NCBI GenBank assembly: GCA_043228905.1
Contig: JBHGNT010000002.1
Coordinates: forward strand, 19,902,001 to 19,966,000
From: Azolla caroliniana
Taxonomy: Eukaryota > Plantae > Polypodiophyta
DNA length: 64,000 bases
Direction: 5' to 3'
Shown: positions 61,678-64,000 of the stretch, piece after piece
Layout of the letters: each line of letters begins with the position of its first letter
How positions within the stretch are numbered: position 1 is the first letter of the stretch
Program-made: the position numbers and the translations under genes
Notes under the pieces: model-generated
Databases searched by the model: none
Told to the model about the DNA's origin: nothing
The model's input: the letters and a program-made list of their open reading frames with translations, nothing else

Positions 61678-64000
61678 CTATTTGCTTTGATTCTTATTAG
61701 CCTTTTCAGTATCATTTGTTTTCTTTCCTGATTCCTCGTCAATGACTGCTTTCATATCTTTGATTACCACATTTGATTGCTCGATCACATTCTTCTCCAC
61801 AATCTTTCCACTTTCCACGTCCTTCAATTGCTCTGCATCTTTTACTACCAATGCCATAATTTTCTCTTTTGCAACTTCAATTTCATTGATTTTCTCCTCT
61901 ATCGCACCTAGCCTGGCCTCAAGTACTTGAAATCCTGGTAGATGCCTATTCTCCTCATCTCGTTCTTTGGCTTGAATTTTCATTTTTTCGGCATTTTCTT
62001 GTTCCCTTTCCTGGATCATACATAACATGTCCATGTTGAGGTATAGAAAGAACCCCAAGAATTTGTGAATCTCTCTCACACTCCATGGAAAAAGTCATAA
62101 TTCTGTACTGACACAGAGTGAATCTCTCCCCCAAACCATGGCAAAAAAAAAACCATTAATTTTTTAACTGCACATATATCCTAGAAAGCTAACAAAACTC
62201 ACCTTTTCCATTCTTCTCATTTCACCCCGAGCATATTGTGCGGTACAATATATGGCTGTTCACAAGATGTTCAGAAATATCAGAAATTTAATGAATCGAG
62301 TATATATAAGAATGAGCCAACTTTTTTATATTCACACTAGAACATAATTGCAATGAGCATATAAATTTTACCCTTCCAGAATTGTCAAAAAATGGTGTTC
62401 CCTTGCTACTAGAGTTATTTTCTGGGTTTAAAATTTATTTTCCAGATGATTTATTTGTGAATTTATTTTCCCAAATCTGATGCTTGATGTTTGTCTATTC
62501 TGTAATAACTCTTTATGACAAAAACTCATTGAAAGTTACATGCAACATGTCAGCGAAATTTTCATGGTATTATTGTTTTGTTTATTTATAATGGATAAAC
62601 CAGTTAGTTAGCAGAATCATACCAACAGAAGGCAAACAAGCAACAAACAATTGCCATAAGTGAAAATCCCACCTGGAAAAAAATATATAAACCATCAGAC
62701 ATAACAAAAATATGAATTTTAGGGACTTGCAGAAGCAATGGAAACATGATGGAAATAAAATCTCTAGTTTTTTCTGTTGCGCAGTAGGATCATTCTTCAC
62801 TGCGGTTATTGGTAAACCAACTCTTTGCAAATATTTTTAATCAAGAAGCTTTTGGATTCTAACAATGATGCTGTTTAATAAGGTCCAAATCCCATTTGTG
62901 ACTATAGATTTACTTGTGATTTTATTTGTGACTATAAATTTACTTTTGATTTAAGGCATTGTGTCTAAAGAGAGAAAAAGATTGTTACAGGTTTTGCAAG
63001 GTGTAGAGAGATTGTAAGACCATGCTTCGTCTATGAGTGAAAACTCAACACTCAAGATTATATTGCTGATATAGAGAATGAAATTCTATTTTTTCCCAAA
63101 CCACCACAATGTAGTAAAACAAATCTTAAGTGAACCAAAGGCTTCATCATTTCCAGTGATTTTCTACGAAAAGAAATAAAACAGCCTGATTAAAACAGTT
63201 TTACTTCCTTAAATATTCTCCCCATAATATTACCCCCAAATTTTATTTCCTCAGCCACACTACCACAGTGTAGTTAAAATCTAATGCATATCATGATTCA
63301 TCGCATGATGTGAGAAAAATGCTGAAAGCTTAAATATAAAACAAACAAAAGCAAAACTTGAGCCAACAACATGCATATATTAAGGAGGTGATTTGCACCC
63401 AAATTTTCAGCTTCAAATGCACAAGAACAAAGAACAAAGCAGACATGGTAAATACTAGGAGGATGTATACATAAGCCCAAAGTTTCACTTTAATATACTA
63501 ACAAAAAACAAAAGAAAATATGAGCCTGCAGCATATACAAGAAAGATGCATGCCCAACTTCACCTTAGATATACAAAAAGAAAACAAAGCATAGTTCAGC
63601 GTCATGCATACATACATATATACATGTAGGTCTGTCATGTGTGTGTGTGTGTGTGTGTGTGTATTTGCATTTATGACAAGCATGACCCAGCATGCATACA
63701 TATATAAGTATGTATGTAACATATGTATATGTATGTCACGTATGTACGTAGGTAGGCATGTACATATGTAGGTACATGTGTATGCTATGTATTCAATTCA
63801 TGAAAAAGAGCGAGGAGAAATACCCAAACTTCTTCTGATTTGGAGCCTCTGAGAAGAGAATGTCAGCAGCCTTCCAGAAGTCGAGATCCTGTTTCTTGGT
63901 GGAGGTGGAGGTGGAGGTGGTAGGGGTAGTGGTGGTAGTGTTTGTTGAATGAGGAGATGTGTGGAGCCATGACAACCTAAGCCTATGCCTATCCCTGCTC
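61678..64000 (-). CDS. Uncharacterised plant protein with a hydrophobic segment and coiled coil; 5' end outside the window. Exons >64000-63824, 62672-62623, 62255-62203, 62010-61678
   Basis: In-frame GT-AG splicing gives KAADILFSEAPNQKKFG/WDFHLWQLFVACLPSV/AIYCTAQYARGEMRRMEK/EREQ...LEARLGAIEEKI. Confidence 0.85.

Overview
Eukaryotic nuclear DNA from a land plant. It looks fern-like or otherwise non-seed-plant, inferred from the fungal-type chromovirus and the abundant PLS-PPR debris; the species cannot be determined. The left third is a three-level retroelement nest. An old L1-like LINE is split by a young Ty1/copia element (3137-14313; 303-bp LTRs identical by eye; CTAAG TSD). That element is itself split by an intact chromodomain Ty3/gypsy element (7902-13566, minus strand; 429-bp LTRs identical by eye; CGGCC TSD). 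Four intron-containing host genes follow: STR12-like parvulin-rhodanese (+), a Rho-N-domain protein (+), a CML21-like EF-hand protein (-) and an uncharacterised coiled-coil protein that runs off the right edge (-). They are interspersed with a pogo transposon, a Mutator-like MITE, LINE remnants, PPR pseudogenes and several tandem arrays. The most interesting object is the gypsy element. It has no tRNA primer site but a Tf1-type self-priming design. It also has a G_UUA_AAC plus pseudoknot -1 frameshift signal and a strongly repeated TAGTACTA palindrome. Finally, an antisense tRNA-like (Pol III A/B box) cassette sits at the U3 edge of its LTR and recurs in a diverged sister LTR at 21123-21526. 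All comparisons were made by eye.
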